From Terriglobia bacterium (GTDB taxonomy: Bacteria > Acidobacteriota > Terriglobia > 20CM-2-55-15): a stretch of 64,000 nucleotides of DNA. Where the stretch lies: contig CBDCLE010000024.1 in NCBI GenBank assembly GCA_965218585.1, positions 192,001 to 256,000 on the forward strand, read 5' to 3'. Of this stretch, positions 1 to 12,416 are shown piece after piece. How positions within the stretch are numbered: position 1 is the first letter of the stretch; every line of letters begins with the position of its first letter. The translations under genes were made by a program, and so were the position numbers. Under the pieces are notes generated by a model, which was not told where the DNA came from, did not search any database, and saw nothing but the letters and a program-made list of their open reading frames with translations.

Positions 1-1136
1 ATCTTTTCTTTGAGGCGACGTGCGATGTCGAGAACAAGAGCCTTCTCAGTGAGCCCGCTGGGACCGATCGTTCCTGTATCTCGCCCTCCATGTCCCGGAT
101 CGATGACGACACGCGCAACTTTCAGGCCGAGGCTGCGAATCAGGGAGTGGTCTCCGTTTTCTGTCGGCTGTGCGGGTGAGAGGACGCTGGCTTCGGCACC
201 GTCGGCATCGGTGACATCGGAGGCTTCTGACTCCGGTTCGGGCCGAGGCGCTGTTCGAGTGGCAACCTTCCTCACTTCCGGATCGGGGTCCGATGCGGGC
301 GCCCCAGGTTCGGGTGTCCTGTTCACTGGTTCTGAGGCGCCGAGAACGTCGATAACGAGCCGATCGGGATCACGCAGCGTAAAGGTCGTTACGTTGCTGA
401 GCCCGACCAGATCGAGTACGACACGGACCGTGTCCTGGTCATACTGTCCCACCCGGATGTTTTCCAGCATGACCGATTCGACGGGCAGAGCACGTTCCCG
501 AAGAGATGCCCCAACCCGTGAGTTTGCGATGTCGACGAAGACCCGCGGCGGGTCCTGAACCTCGCCTCTGGTGAAGGCCGGTTCGCCTGCCATGTCGACA
601 ACCACTCGCACGGATCTGGAGGATTCCCAGTAGCGAACGTTCTCTATCGAAACCACTGACGATGGCCGAGCAGTTCGGGCGCGGATCTCCTCGTCGGGTT
701 GAACGTCTTCGACCTTCTCTCGAACCGGTCGATTCATGCTTGCGATATCGGCAATCGCAGTGGGCAGGAACCGTGAAGCAGGATATTCCCGGATCAGGAA
801 CTGAAGTGTTGTGATGGCGTCCTTTGGATCGCCGATCTCTCTGTAGAGCGCCGCGATGTTGATAAGAGCGTCGTCCGCGTATCCGGTGTGGGGCGTGATG
901 AGGTAAACCCGCTCGTAAAGGCGGATCACCCTCAGGTATTCGGCCCGAGACCGATCTGCAGTCGGCTTTTCTTTGAGAGAGATCTCCTCTCTCTGTGCCA
1001 CCTGATAAGCGGTGCCCGCCTGGTCTCTGAGCGGAGTCTGTGCAAGAGCCGCCGTCGTTGACCCCAGCACCAGTAGCAGCACAGGGATGACCCTTGCCCC
1101 TCGAATCCGTTTCAGTTGTTGTTTGGGTATATGCAC
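1..1136 (-). CDS. N-acetylmuramoyl-L-alanine amidase (TPR-like + AMIN + Amidase_3), 3' end outside window
   Basis: Hand translation (absent from ORF track): signal-like N-terminus, then VVIDPGHGGRDTGTIGPSGLTEKALVLDIARRLKEK, the Amidase_3 motif, at the window edge. GTG start at 1136 inferred. Confidence 0.85.
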   Translation of the reverse strand, partial: MHIPKQQLKRIRGARVIPVLLLVLGSTTAALAQTPLRDQAGTAYQVAQREEISLKEKPTADRSRAEYLRVIRLYERVYLITPHTGYADDALINIAALYREIGDPKDAITTLQFLIREYPASRFLPTAIADIASMNRPVREKVEDVQPDEEIRARTARPSSVVSIENVRYWESSRSVRVVVDMAGEPAFTRGEVQDPPRVFVDIANSRVGASLRERALPVESVMLENIRVGQYDQDTVRVVLDLVGLSNVTTFTLRDPDRLVIDVLGASEPVNRTPEPGAPASDPDPEVRKVATRTAPRPEPESEASDVTDADGAEASVLSPAQPTENGDHSLIRSLGLKVARVVIDPGHGGRDTGTIGPSGLTEKALVLDIARRLKEK

Positions 1137-1148
1137 AGAGAAGAGTCG

Positions 1149-1925
1149 CTACTCGACGTTCGAGAAACGCAATACTCCTCGCTCATCCACCGTGCTCGAA
1201 ATCGCCCGGGTGGCCGGCGCCACAACCGCTGCTGTTTGAGGCGGTGGAACGGGGAGTTGAGGAGTCGTCCGTGCCGGTGGAGCGGCGGAGGCAACCGGCT
1301 GGACTGTCGGTGCTTGGCCGCCACGACGGTTATACGCAGATCGTACCAGTCGGACGTAGTTTTGCGTTTCCGGTATAGCCGGTATTCGACCCAGGCGTGC
1401 TACGCGATTTTCTCCCGAGTTGTACGCGGCCAGTGACAAATCGAGGTTCCCCTCGAACATCTCCAATAGGAATCTTAAGTAGCGGACACCGCCGTCTATG
1501 TTTTGAGCCGGATCGAAGAAGTCACGCACGCCAAATCTTGCCCCGGTTTCCGGAATCAGTTGCATCAGTCCCATCGCACCCATCGGGGATACGGCCCGGC
1601 GGTTGAAATTGGATTCAACTTCTATGACGGAACGAACCAGCGCTCGGTCCACGCCATGCCTGGCGGAGATGCTGTCGATCAGGGGATCGAGCGCGTTTGC
1701 CGGATCGAGGGATGCCACTCCCACAGGTGCTGTTGTCGGGTTTGAAACAACTGGAATTGGCTCGGCTGCGGGTTGGCTGTATGTGGCCAGATTGGTGAAC
1801 ACGATCTTGCCGTCGTCTTCGACGAATGCCGAAATGCGATCCTGTCCCCAACTCTCCTGGGAGATGCCCAGGGCAGCAACGGTCAGACCGATCGCGAAAA
1901 GCCATCGTATGTTCATCATAACCAC
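1149..1925 (-). CDS. Lytic transglycosylase (SLT domain)
   Basis: VIEVESNF, GAMGLMQL and AAYNSGE motifs; signal peptide. Confidence 0.93.
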   Translation of the reverse strand: MVMMNIRWLFAIGLTVAALGISQESWGQDRISAFVEDDGKIVFTNLATYSQPAAEPIPVVSNPTTAPVGVASLDPANALDPLIDSISARHGVDRALVRSVIEVESNFNRRAVSPMGAMGLMQLIPETGARFGVRDFFDPAQNIDGGVRYLRFLLEMFEGNLDLSLAAYNSGENRVARLGRIPAIPETQNYVRLVRSAYNRRGGQAPTVQPVASAAPPARTTPQLPVPPPQTAAVVAPATRAISSTVDERGVLRFSNVE

Positions 1926-1937
1926 TACAGACGGTGG

Positions 1938-4573
<2,636 letters not shown>

Positions 4574-4577
<4 letters not shown>

Positions 4578-4998
4578 AGGAACTCTTCCAACTCACGGAG
4601 AATTTCCTCCGCATCATATCCAAGACGCTCTACAGATCTATAAAGACGAGCCACATCTTTCTTCGGAAGAGGCGGCCGAAGCCTCAAACTCTTCATTTTA
4701 GCCCTCACGATTTCTCCAGTAGAAGGCCAATCCTCGTTTTCGATGACCTCACGGACGATGTCGGGGGCTACGCCGTGGTGTCTCAGGTCGATTTCCAACT
4801 GCAGCCGGCCTTTGCGTGTCCGGCTCCTGACGAAGTTCTCTGCAAAGCGACGGTCGTTGAGGAATCTTTCGGACCTCAATCGCTCGATGACATCTTGCGG
4901 CACGTTTTCGAAACGTTGTTCGAGCTTGAGGCGCAGCCGATGGGGCTGTAGTCGCGGGCTCGGAGCAGCTTCAGGGCGTAGGCGTATATTTCGTTCAT
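4574..4998 (-). CDS. recX: Regulatory protein RecX, with a 1-nt frameshift near 4942-4945
   Basis: ATG 4998 gives MNEIYAYALKLLRARDYS; adding one C to the C-run joins it to HRLRLKLEQRF..LNDRRFAENFV. Typical recX-alaS adjacency. Confidence 0.8.
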
Positions 4999-5040
4999 GG
5001 AGCCGAAATCGGTGAGTCGGGAGACGCGTTTCGGGCGCGA

Positions 5041-5958
5041 TCAATCTACCCGAGTCAGCCAGCCCTCAGGCGCTGCGGCCTCTCCACTGACAATGCTGAA
5101 AAATCGGGATTGGATCTTTTCGGTGATCGGCCCTCTCTGTCCGGCACCCACGTTGATGCGATCGACCGATCGGATGGGCGTGATCTCCGCTGCCGTTCCC
5201 GTGAAGAACAACTCGTCGGCGATGTAGAGCCATTCCCGAGGAATGGCCTGTTCGGAAACCTTCAATCCAGACTCTTCGCAGATGGCGAGGACCGAGTCGC
5301 GTGTAACTCCGGCCAGGACAGACTGGTCGACGGCGGGTGTGTAAATCATCCCATCACGGACCAGGAAAATGTTTTCGCCGCTCCCTTCGCTCACGTAGCC
5401 ATCGGTGTCGAGCGCGATACCCTCGGCGTATCCGTTCGTAACGGCTTCAATCTTGACCAGTTGCGAATTCAGGTAGTGGCCCGCTGCCTTAGCCGTTGCC
5501 GGCGACGTATTTGGAGCCGGCCGCGCCCAGGTGGACACGCAGACATCCACGCCTGTTTCCAAGGCTTCCTGTCCGAGGTAGGTGCCCCATTCCCACACTG
5601 CGATATAGGTGTCGATCGGGATTCCGGCCGGGTCGATCCCAAGATGGCCGTAGCCGCGCAGGACGATAGGCCGGATGTAGCAGGCCTCAAGTCGATTGGC
5701 GCGAATCGTTTCCAAAACGGCCTTTTCGAGAGCCGCTTCGTCGTAAGGCATCTCCAGTCTGTAGATCTTTGCCGAGTTGGCCAGCCTTCGAAGATGGGAG
5801 TCCAGCCGGAACACCATCGAACCCGATTGAGTCTTGTAACAGCGTATACCCTCAAAGCAGGCTGACCCATAGTGAACGACATGGGAGAGCACATGGATTT
5901 GAGCGCTGTCCCAGTCGATGAGTTCGCCATTGCGCCAGATTTTTTCCGATCGAGTCAT
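5041..5958 (-). CDS. ilvE: Branched-chain amino acid aminotransferase
   Basis: [39 protein letters not shown]. Confidence 0.96.
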   Translation of the reverse strand: MTRSEKIWRNGELIDWDSAQIHVLSHVVHYGSACFEGIRCYKTQSGSMVFRLDSHLRRLANSAKIYRLEMPYDEAALEKAVLETIRANRLEACYIRPIVLRGYGHLGIDPAGIPIDTYIAVWEWGTYLGQEALETGVDVCVSTWARPAPNTSPATAKAAGHYLNSQLVKIEAVTNGYAEGIALDTDGYVSEGSGENIFLVRDGMIYTPAVDQSVLAGVTRDSVLAICEESGLKVSEQAIPREWLYIADELFFTGTAAEITPIRSVDRINVGAGQRGPITEKIQSRFFSIVSGEAAAPEGWLTRVD

Positions 5959-6012
5959 AGGCTATGAACAGGCATAATGTGCCCTTAACCAACATGTTAC
6001 ACTGAGCCGGCC

Positions 6013-6543
6013 ATGCTTAAGGTGAAATTCGGCACCACAGTCGTGCTCCTGTTATTGGTCGGTTCGCTCGCAGGATGCGGCTATCGGCTGGCTGGAGATC
6101 GCATCGATTCGGGTGAGGGACAGACGTTGGGCGTCCCTGTTTTTAGAAGCCTTACGACGGACTTCAGAATCGAACAACAGCTGACCGAGTCCGTGCGCCG
6201 CGAACTCATTCGGCGAACGCGTTATCGGGTCATACCCTCCCGGGATGGCGATGTTGTCGTTACAGGAGAAGTTCTCAGCATGACTTCGATTCCGATCATT
6301 TTTACCAATCAGGGACGGGGCACGGCTTACACCGTCGCTGTTGATGTGAGTGTTCGCGTCATCGATACGTCCGACGGCAGCGTCCTGTTCCAGAACGACA
6401 GGTGGACGTTCAGCGAAGTGTTTGAGCTCTCCAACAACTCGGAAGAATTCGTTCCTGAAGACTCGGCAGCGATCGATCGACTGGCGGGCCAATTCGCGTC
6501 CTCTCTGGTCGCGTCTCTCACGTTTGCGAATACAAGTCCGTGA
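6013..6543 (+). CDS. lptE: LPS assembly lipoprotein LptE family
   Basis: Lipobox LAGC followed by GYRL; directly upstream of holA. Confidence 0.85.
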   Translation: MLKVKFGTTVVLLLLVGSLAGCGYRLAGDRIDSGEGQTLGVPVFRSLTTDFRIEQQLTESVRRELIRRTRYRVIPSRDGDVVVTGEVLSMTSIPIIFTNQGRGTAYTVAVDVSVRVIDTSDGSVLFQNDRWTFSEVFELSNNSEEFVPEDSAAIDRLAGQFASSLVASLTFANTSP

Positions 6544-7493
6544 AATTTTCTGAATTTCGAAGACACACGCCGAAGTCGTCAAGCCACGCTTACGTGTTCG
6601 TGTGTGAAGATGCGTTTCTGGTCGAGGAATCGAAGGCCGTATGGGCGGGCATTTTCGGTGGGGACTGGGGATTCGAGAAACTCACCGTAAAAGAATTCGA
6701 ATCTATCGATGCATCGGAGTTGATGGAGTCGGCAATGAGTTCTCCGCTGTTCGGTCCCTCCCGCGCGCTCCTGGTAACCAACGCCGGCAAGGTCACCAAG
6801 AAGAGGTTGGCTGACATCGAACACATCCTCGAGCTGGGGCAGTCTTCGCTGAAGATCGTTCTGGTCGTGGAGTCACGACGGTCGAAAATTGGTGGAAAGA
6901 CCCGGATTCCGGTCATCGAAATCGACCCTCTTCGCCCTGCGGATACGGCCCGTTGGGTTCGTGACAAGTACGGCGTTGCTCCTGAAGTGGCCCGTTACAT
7001 CGTCGACAACGTTGGGACTGAACTGCAGGTTCTCCATGGGGAAATGGAGAAATTGGAAATCTACCTCCGGGGGGCCCGGCCGGCGGAAACTACCGATGTC
7101 GACCAGTTGATTCTGCGATCGGAACAGTTTGGCCCATTTGAACTGGACGACGCTTTTCTGGACGGTGACTATCCTCGCTCGGTCCGTGTGGTAGGCGCGA
7201 TGATCGAGGAAGGTGTGGAGCCGATTCTCATCCTGTCCCGGATCGTTCGGGTTTGGCGCCAGATATTTGTCGGAAATGTTTTGGAGGGTCGGGCCTCGCC
7301 CGACGACGTCGCCCGGGCGGCTTCAGTCCCTCATTGGAAGGCAGCCACTTTCGTCAACGCGTGCAGGCGATTCGGATACGAGCGCGTCGTTGAAGGTTTT
7401 GGGGAACTGGTTCGTGCAGACCGGGCCTTGAAGACGTCGTCTCCCAATCCAGAATTCTATTTTGATGTGATGCTGTGGAAACTGATGAGGTAA
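6540..7493 (+). CDS. holA: DNA polymerase III delta subunit
   Basis: EMEKLEIY, FELDDA, ADRALKTS; lptE-holA-rpsT context. Confidence 0.88.
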   Translation: MKFSEFRRHTPKSSSHAYVFVCEDAFLVEESKAVWAGIFGGDWGFEKLTVKEFESIDASELMESAMSSPLFGPSRALLVTNAGKVTKKRLADIEHILELGQSSLKIVLVVESRRSKIGGKTRIPVIEIDPLRPADTARWVRDKYGVAPEVARYIVDNVGTELQVLHGEMEKLEIYLRGARPAETTDVDQLILRSEQFGPFELDDAFLDGDYPRSVRVVGAMIEEGVEPILILSRIVRVWRQIFVGNVLEGRASPDDVARAASVPHWKAATFVNACRRFGYERVVEGFGELVRADRALKTSSPNPEFYFDVMLWKLMR

Positions 7494-7583
7494 TAAAAAG
7501 GGGACAGACATCCTTTTTTCTGCGTAAGCGAAGTGTTTTCTTGTTGATAGGTAAAAAAGGTGTCTGTCCCCTTTTTATTACCT
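7488..7583. repeat. Long inverted repeat (GGGGACAG/CTGTCCCC type) between convergent holA and rpsT; probable bidirectional terminator or REP-like element
   Basis: aggtaataaaaaggggacagaca(t)cctttttt ... aaaaaaggtgtctgtcccctttttattacct. Confidence 0.85.
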
Positions 7584-7848
7584 ACGCGGGGACGGCGTTG
7601 ACACGGCGGTTGATTCTGGATTTGTAGCGCCGGGCCGCGTTGGCTTTGATCACGCCTTTCTGAACGGACCTGTCGATTACGCTGAAGGTTTTCGAAAGCA
7701 CTGCCTCGGCCTCATCACTCTTACCTTCCGAGATCGCAGCTTTCAGTTTCTTGAGCTGGGTTTTAAGCTTCTGGCGATTCATCTGGTTGATGAGCCGGCG
7801 TTGCTGATTCTGCCTGTTCCGCTTTAGTGCGGATGCATGGTTTGCCAT
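7582..7848 (-). CDS. rpsT: 30S ribosomal protein S20
   Basis: MANHASALKRNRQ..KGVIKANAARRYKSR. Confidence 0.97.
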   Translation of the reverse strand: MANHASALKRNRQNQQRRLINQMNRQKLKTQLKKLKAAISEGKSDEAEAVLSKTFSVIDRSVQKGVIKANAARRYKSRINRRVNAVPA

Positions 7849-7973
7849 CTATAAGTACCTCGAACCGAAAATGATAGCAGCAGGGCCCGTTTCCAGTCAA
7901 TGAGGGCCGGCTGAACAGGTCTACTGTCTCTAACCACATGATATAATTCGTCCCCAGTATAAAACTGCCAAGA

Positions 7974-8978
7974 ATGAAAAAGACCATCCCCATCGGCGAA
8001 GGTGTCGCCGACCTGTTCGGTACTTACGACAGCAACATCAAGTATCTGGAATCTGCTCTCAGGGTCGAGGTGCATATCGCGGAGCAGAATCTGACCGTAG
8101 AAGGCGAGGACAGGGACGTCACACTGGTCGACCGACTCATTCAGGATTACGCGAGCCTCCGCGGGGAAGGTGTGAAGCTTTCCGACGAGGACCTGAAGTC
8201 GGTCATTCGGATAGTTTCCGAGGACAACTCCATCACCTTGCGCCAGGTGGTCACCGAACCCCGTAAGTTTCAGGTCGGGAAACGGAACGTTTCCCCGAAA
8301 ACGCTGAATCAGAAAATCTATATGGACGCCATCGACCGTCACGACATGGTCTTTGGAATCGGTCCGGCCGGAACCGGTAAGACCTACCTCGCGGTTAGCA
8401 TGGCTGTGCGGGAGCTTCTGGCAAAGCGCGTCAGCCGCATCGTCCTGACACGCCCTGCCGTGGAAGCCGGTGAGCGACTGGGATTCCTTCCGGGAACACT
8501 GGAAGAAAAAGTGGATCCGTATCTACGCCCTCTCTATGACGCGCTGTACGAAATGCTCGATGCCGAGCGCGTTGAACGGTACCTGGAGCGCCGCGTAATC
8601 GAAATAGCCCCGATTGCTTTCATGCGGGGACGGACCCTCAACGATGCGTTCGTCATCCTCGATGAAGCTCAGAACACGACGTCCGAGCAGATGAAGATGT
8701 TCTTGACCCGGATCGGCTACTCCTCCAAGGCCGTGATCAACGGAGACGTGACCCAGGTGGATCTCCCTTTCGGGAAGCGGTCCGGTTTAATAAACGCGCG
8801 TAATGTGCTCGATGGAATCGACGGCATCGTCTTCGTATCGTTCAACGAACGGGACGTCGTCCGCCATCGCCTGGTGGCAGACATCGTACGGGCTTACGAG
8901 GCCTTTGATTCTGAGAACGGCGCCGGTCAGGGTTCGCTCGAATTCCGGTCACCGGAAGCCGAAGCTGAGGCCGGCTGA
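7974..8978 (+). CDS. phoH: PhoH family ATPase
   Basis: GPAGTGKTYLA, RPAVEAGERLGFLPG, MRGRTL, DEAQN. Confidence 0.96.
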   Translation: MKKTIPIGEGVADLFGTYDSNIKYLESALRVEVHIAEQNLTVEGEDRDVTLVDRLIQDYASLRGEGVKLSDEDLKSVIRIVSEDNSITLRQVVTEPRKFQVGKRNVSPKTLNQKIYMDAIDRHDMVFGIGPAGTGKTYLAVSMAVRELLAKRVSRIVLTRPAVEAGERLGFLPGTLEEKVDPYLRPLYDALYEMLDAERVERYLERRVIEIAPIAFMRGRTLNDAFVILDEAQNTTSEQMKMFLTRIGYSSKAVINGDVTQVDLPFGKRSGLINARNVLDGIDGIVFVSFNERDVVRHRLVADIVRAYEAFDSENGAGQGSLEFRSPEAEAEAG

Positions 8979-9442
8979 TGGCGTCGGGCATAGATACCGC
9001 CGACGTTTCAGGAGAGTTATCCGAACCGGCCGAGCCCGAGCCCTTTCTCCTCATCAACCGACAGCGAAAACATCGGATTGACCGCGGGCCGATCCTGGAC
9101 TTTCTGACCCGGCTGGTCGAGTACGTGTCGGCGGATGCTCCCTTTTCCGTGGTCCTCGTCAGTGACCGAACGATCCACCGCTACAACCGGGAATACCGAG
9201 GTCAGGACAAGGCCACCGACGTCCTTTCCTTTCCCTCAGACGAGCCGTACCTGGGCGACATTCTCATCTCTGTTGAGACAGCTTACGAGCAGGCCCGCAG
9301 GTCGAAGGTGTTAACGCTGGAACGTAACATCAGGCGGCTGGCCCTGCACGGCCTGTTGCACTTGATGGGTTATGACCACGAGACCGACGATGGCGATATG
9401 AGATCGGTAGAAATTCGCCTGCGTCGAAGGTTCCAATGTTGA
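8978..9442 (+). CDS. ybeY: rRNA maturation endoribonuclease YbeY
   Basis: TDVLSF, HGLLHLMGYDH. Confidence 0.96.
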   Translation: MASGIDTADVSGELSEPAEPEPFLLINRQRKHRIDRGPILDFLTRLVEYVSADAPFSVVLVSDRTIHRYNREYRGQDKATDVLSFPSDEPYLGDILISVETAYEQARRSKVLTLERNIRRLALHGLLHLMGYDHETDDGDMRSVEIRLRRRFQC

Positions 9443-10704
9443 TTCAATTACAGCTGTTAATAGCCGCGATCCTGGCCCTGGGGCTTCTTGTGATGTCCGT
9501 CCTCGACTTCGCACTTGAAGCGGTAAACAAGATCGCATTGCGTCGCATCACCGACAACGGAGAGGGAAGGCGGAGTCGCTTGATGGAATCGTTGTCGGAG
9601 GCCCGGGCGGAAGTCCTGATGGTCGTCCACATGACGATTCAGACTCTGCTTGTCGTCCTGGCCGTTCTTTTGACCGGAACCTTTCTCAGTTTTCCGTTGC
9701 CACTCCTTGCGGCCCTGCCTCTGGCCGGGGCAACAACGCTGATCATCGTCCTGGTTTTCAGACAACTGATTCCCCGGGCGATCGCGCTCCGGAGTCCCGA
9801 CGAGGTGCTCGAGCGCCTCATTCCCGTACTTGCGATTCCGTATTTCATTCTTTATCCCTTGGCCCGCTTCATCACTATGATCCTGATCCGCTTCCACCAA
9901 TGGGACGGTATCGAGACCGAGGAAGAAGAGGAGGCATCTGAGGAGGAAATCCAGGCCTTTATCGATGCGGGTCAGGAGGAGGGGATTCTCGAACAGGATG
10001 AAGGCGTGATGATTCAGTCCATCGTCCAGTTCGGGGACAAGGTAACTCTCGAAGTCATGACGCCGAGAACGCAAATCATTGCTGTCGATGTCGCCTGGGA
10101 TTTTGACAAGATCGTGAATCAGGTTCTGTCGAGCAAACATTCGCGGATGCCGGTGTATCGCGATGAACTGGACAACATCGAAGGGTTTGTTCATGAAAGG
10201 GATCTCCTGCGCCTGAACAGACGGGGCGATGCGCCTGACAACCTGCGTCCCTTCCTTCAGCCCGTCCACTTCGTTCCTGAGACCAAGCCGATCGACGATC
10301 TGCTTGAAGAGATGAAAGGCCGTGGCCAGCAGTTGGTCCTGGTTGTCGATGAATATGGAGGCGTCTCCGGGCTCATCACGATCGAAGACCTGATCGAGGA
10401 GATCGTCGGCGAGATCAGTGACAGCCCCGGTTCGGAGACGGCTAAGCTCCTGGACGAGGGAAGAGGCAGCTATTTGATGCCGGGTACCACAGAGCTGGAT
10501 GTGCTGGACGCGCGCCTGGGTCTCACTGCCTTTCCCGAGACAGAGTGCACGACCGTCAGCGGCGCTGTTGTCGAACTATTCGGAAGGCTTCCGTTGCCCG
10601 GTGAGCGGATCAGACACGAAGCGCTTGCGATCGAAGTTGTGGATGCCGACCGACGAAAGGTCAGGAGTCTGAGAATCAGAACGCTTGGTTCCAAGTCAAG
10701 TTGA
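9436..10704 (+). CDS. HlyC/CorC (CNNM + CBS) transporter-associated protein
   Basis: N-terminal TM helices, [38 protein letters not shown]. Confidence 0.92.
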   Translation: MLIQLQLLIAAILALGLLVMSVLDFALEAVNKIALRRITDNGEGRRSRLMESLSEARAEVLMVVHMTIQTLLVVLAVLLTGTFLSFPLPLLAALPLAGATTLIIVLVFRQLIPRAIALRSPDEVLERLIPVLAIPYFILYPLARFITMILIRFHQWDGIETEEEEEASEEEIQAFIDAGQEEGILEQDEGVMIQSIVQFGDKVTLEVMTPRTQIIAVDVAWDFDKIVNQVLSSKHSRMPVYRDELDNIEGFVHERDLLRLNRRGDAPDNLRPFLQPVHFVPETKPIDDLLEEMKGRGQQLVLVVDEYGGVSGLITIEDLIEEIVGEISDSPGSETAKLLDEGRGSYLMPGTTELDVLDARLGLTAFPETECTTVSGAVVELFGRLPLPGERIRHEALAIEVVDADRRKVRSLRIRTLGSKSS

Positions 10705-11588
10705 TGGACGAAGGCTTGAAATCGGGTTTTGTGTCTATCGTCGGACGCCCCAACTCCGGAAAGTCCACGCTCCTGAATCGGCTGGTCGGCCAGAAGATCT
10801 CCATCGTTACGCCGCACCCCCAGACCACGCGGAACGTCGTTCGCGGCATCGTAACCGATGCAGAAGGCCAGATCGTTTTTCTCGACACTCCCGGAATTCA
10901 CAAGCCGCTCCACAAGCTCAACGAGCGCATGATGCGGTTCATGCTCGATTCGCTGAAGCACATCGACATCGTCATGTTGATCGTGGACGCTTCGACCAGC
11001 CATGGACGGGGAGATGAGTACGCACTCGACCTCATCCGGAAAGTCGGGACCCGGCGGTTTCTTCTGCTGAACAAGGTCGACAAGGTTGCCAAGCGTGAAT
11101 TATTGCCACTGATCCAACGCTACAGCGAAGCCGTCGACTTTGACCAGATCGTTCCCATATCGGCGAAGACCGGAGACGGGGTCGATGGGCTGAAAAGCGA
11201 AATCTATAAATGCCTCCCCGAAGGCCCGATGTACTACCCGGAAGAACAACCCACCGACCAACAGGAACGGTTCCTTGCAAGCGAAATCATCCGGGAAAAA
11301 CTGATTCTCAAGACCCGTCAGGAACTGCCGCATGCTACCGCAATAGCTATCGAACGTTTCGAGGAGGAGAGTGACAGGCTTCAGATCTTCGCGTCAATCT
11401 ATGTCGAAAGGGATTCCCAGAAGAAGATCGTCATAGGCCAAGGAGGGCAGGTCATCAAGGAGGTCGGCATCGCCGCCCGCAAAGAACTCGAATCCCTCCT
11501 CGACAGCAGAGTTCATCTTGAGCTTCACGTCAAAGTCAGAAAGAAGTGGAGGGATGACGAGCAGATCCTGAAGTCGTTGGGGATCTAG
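10701..11588 (+). CDS. era: GTPase Era
   Basis: GRPNSGKSTL, QTTRN, DTPGIH, NKVD, KH domain. Confidence 0.98.
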   Translation: MMDEGLKSGFVSIVGRPNSGKSTLLNRLVGQKISIVTPHPQTTRNVVRGIVTDAEGQIVFLDTPGIHKPLHKLNERMMRFMLDSLKHIDIVMLIVDASTSHGRGDEYALDLIRKVGTRRFLLLNKVDKVAKRELLPLIQRYSEAVDFDQIVPISAKTGDGVDGLKSEIYKCLPEGPMYYPEEQPTDQQERFLASEIIREKLILKTRQELPHATAIAIERFEEESDRLQIFASIYVERDSQKKIVIGQGGQVIKEVGIAARKELESLLDSRVHLELHVKVRKKWRDDEQILKSLGI

Positions 11589-11739
11589 CACTCAGCCGTC
11601 GGCTTTCGGCTATTAGCCCAACTGCGGGTTCGGGGATAGAGACCGAGTCCAACCGTCATCGGATATCGAAACAGAATGCTGCCTGGAAGCAACGGTATCC
11701 GTCCGCGAATTTCGCCGATTTGGTAGAATTAAACTCGGC

Positions 11740-11889
11740 ATGTCGGACGAAATCATATTCGCCGTTCAGGAGTCTCCGGAAGGGGGCTACGAAGCCAGGG
11801 CTTTGTCTGCACCCGTCTTTACTGAGGCTGACAGCGTAGAGACGCGGTCGAGTGTCATTTCGAAGAGGGAGAGCGCCCGTGTAGTATGA
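11740..11889 (+). pseudogene. Decayed HicB-like antitoxin
   Basis: MSDEIIFAVQESPEGGYEARAL..FTEADSVE, then DAVECHFEEGERP in another frame; internal deletion. Confidence 0.7.
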
Positions 11890-12130
11890 AGCTTCCCCGC
11901 GACCTCAGTGGGGAAAATCTTGCGGTAAGCTCGGCAGACTCGGCTACACACGGACGCGCCAGACAGGGAGCCACATCCGGCTGACTCACGAGACGCCCGA
12001 AGGACGCCATCACGTAACGATTCCTAGGCACAAAGCCTTGCGCGTTGGCACTCTCAACGCCATTCTCACCGAAATAGCCCAACACCTTTCGATTGAACGG
12101 ACAGATCTACTTGAGCGTATTGAGCAGTGA
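11886..12130 (+). pseudogene. HicA-family toxin, frameshifted
   Basis: MKLPRDLSGENLA / KLGRLGYTRTRQTGSHIRLTH..HHVTIPRHKALRVGTLNAILTEIAQHL; frameshift near 11925. Confidence 0.8.
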
Positions 12131-12155
12131 TACGCGGCAACGTCCAAAACGTGGT

Positions 12156-12316
12156 ATGAAGATAGCGGTTTCCATACCCGACGAAGTGTTTAAAGAAGCT
12201 GATCGTCTGGCCAAACGTCTGCATATGTCGAGGAACGAAGTCTACAGCCGCGCGTTGGCCGAGTACATCGTTCGTCACGGAATCAATCACGCTACGGAGT
12301 CGATGGATAAGGCCCT
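12156..12316 (+). pseudogene. Ribbon-helix-helix antitoxin-like gene truncated by IS21
   Basis: MKIAVSIPDEVFKEADRLAKRLHMSRNEVYSRALAEY; runs into the IS left end. Confidence 0.75.
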
Positions 12317-12416
12317 CCTCGGCGGTCACCCAAAACCGGCCAATGGTGGTCACCTGAAAACCGGCCAACGATAGAGGCCCGGGACATTGACAGCAGGCGG
12401 AGTAATCTCCGTCGGC

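Noticed and set aside
10-558. 182-aa plus-strand ORF
   Set aside because: Antisense shadow of the amidase gene.
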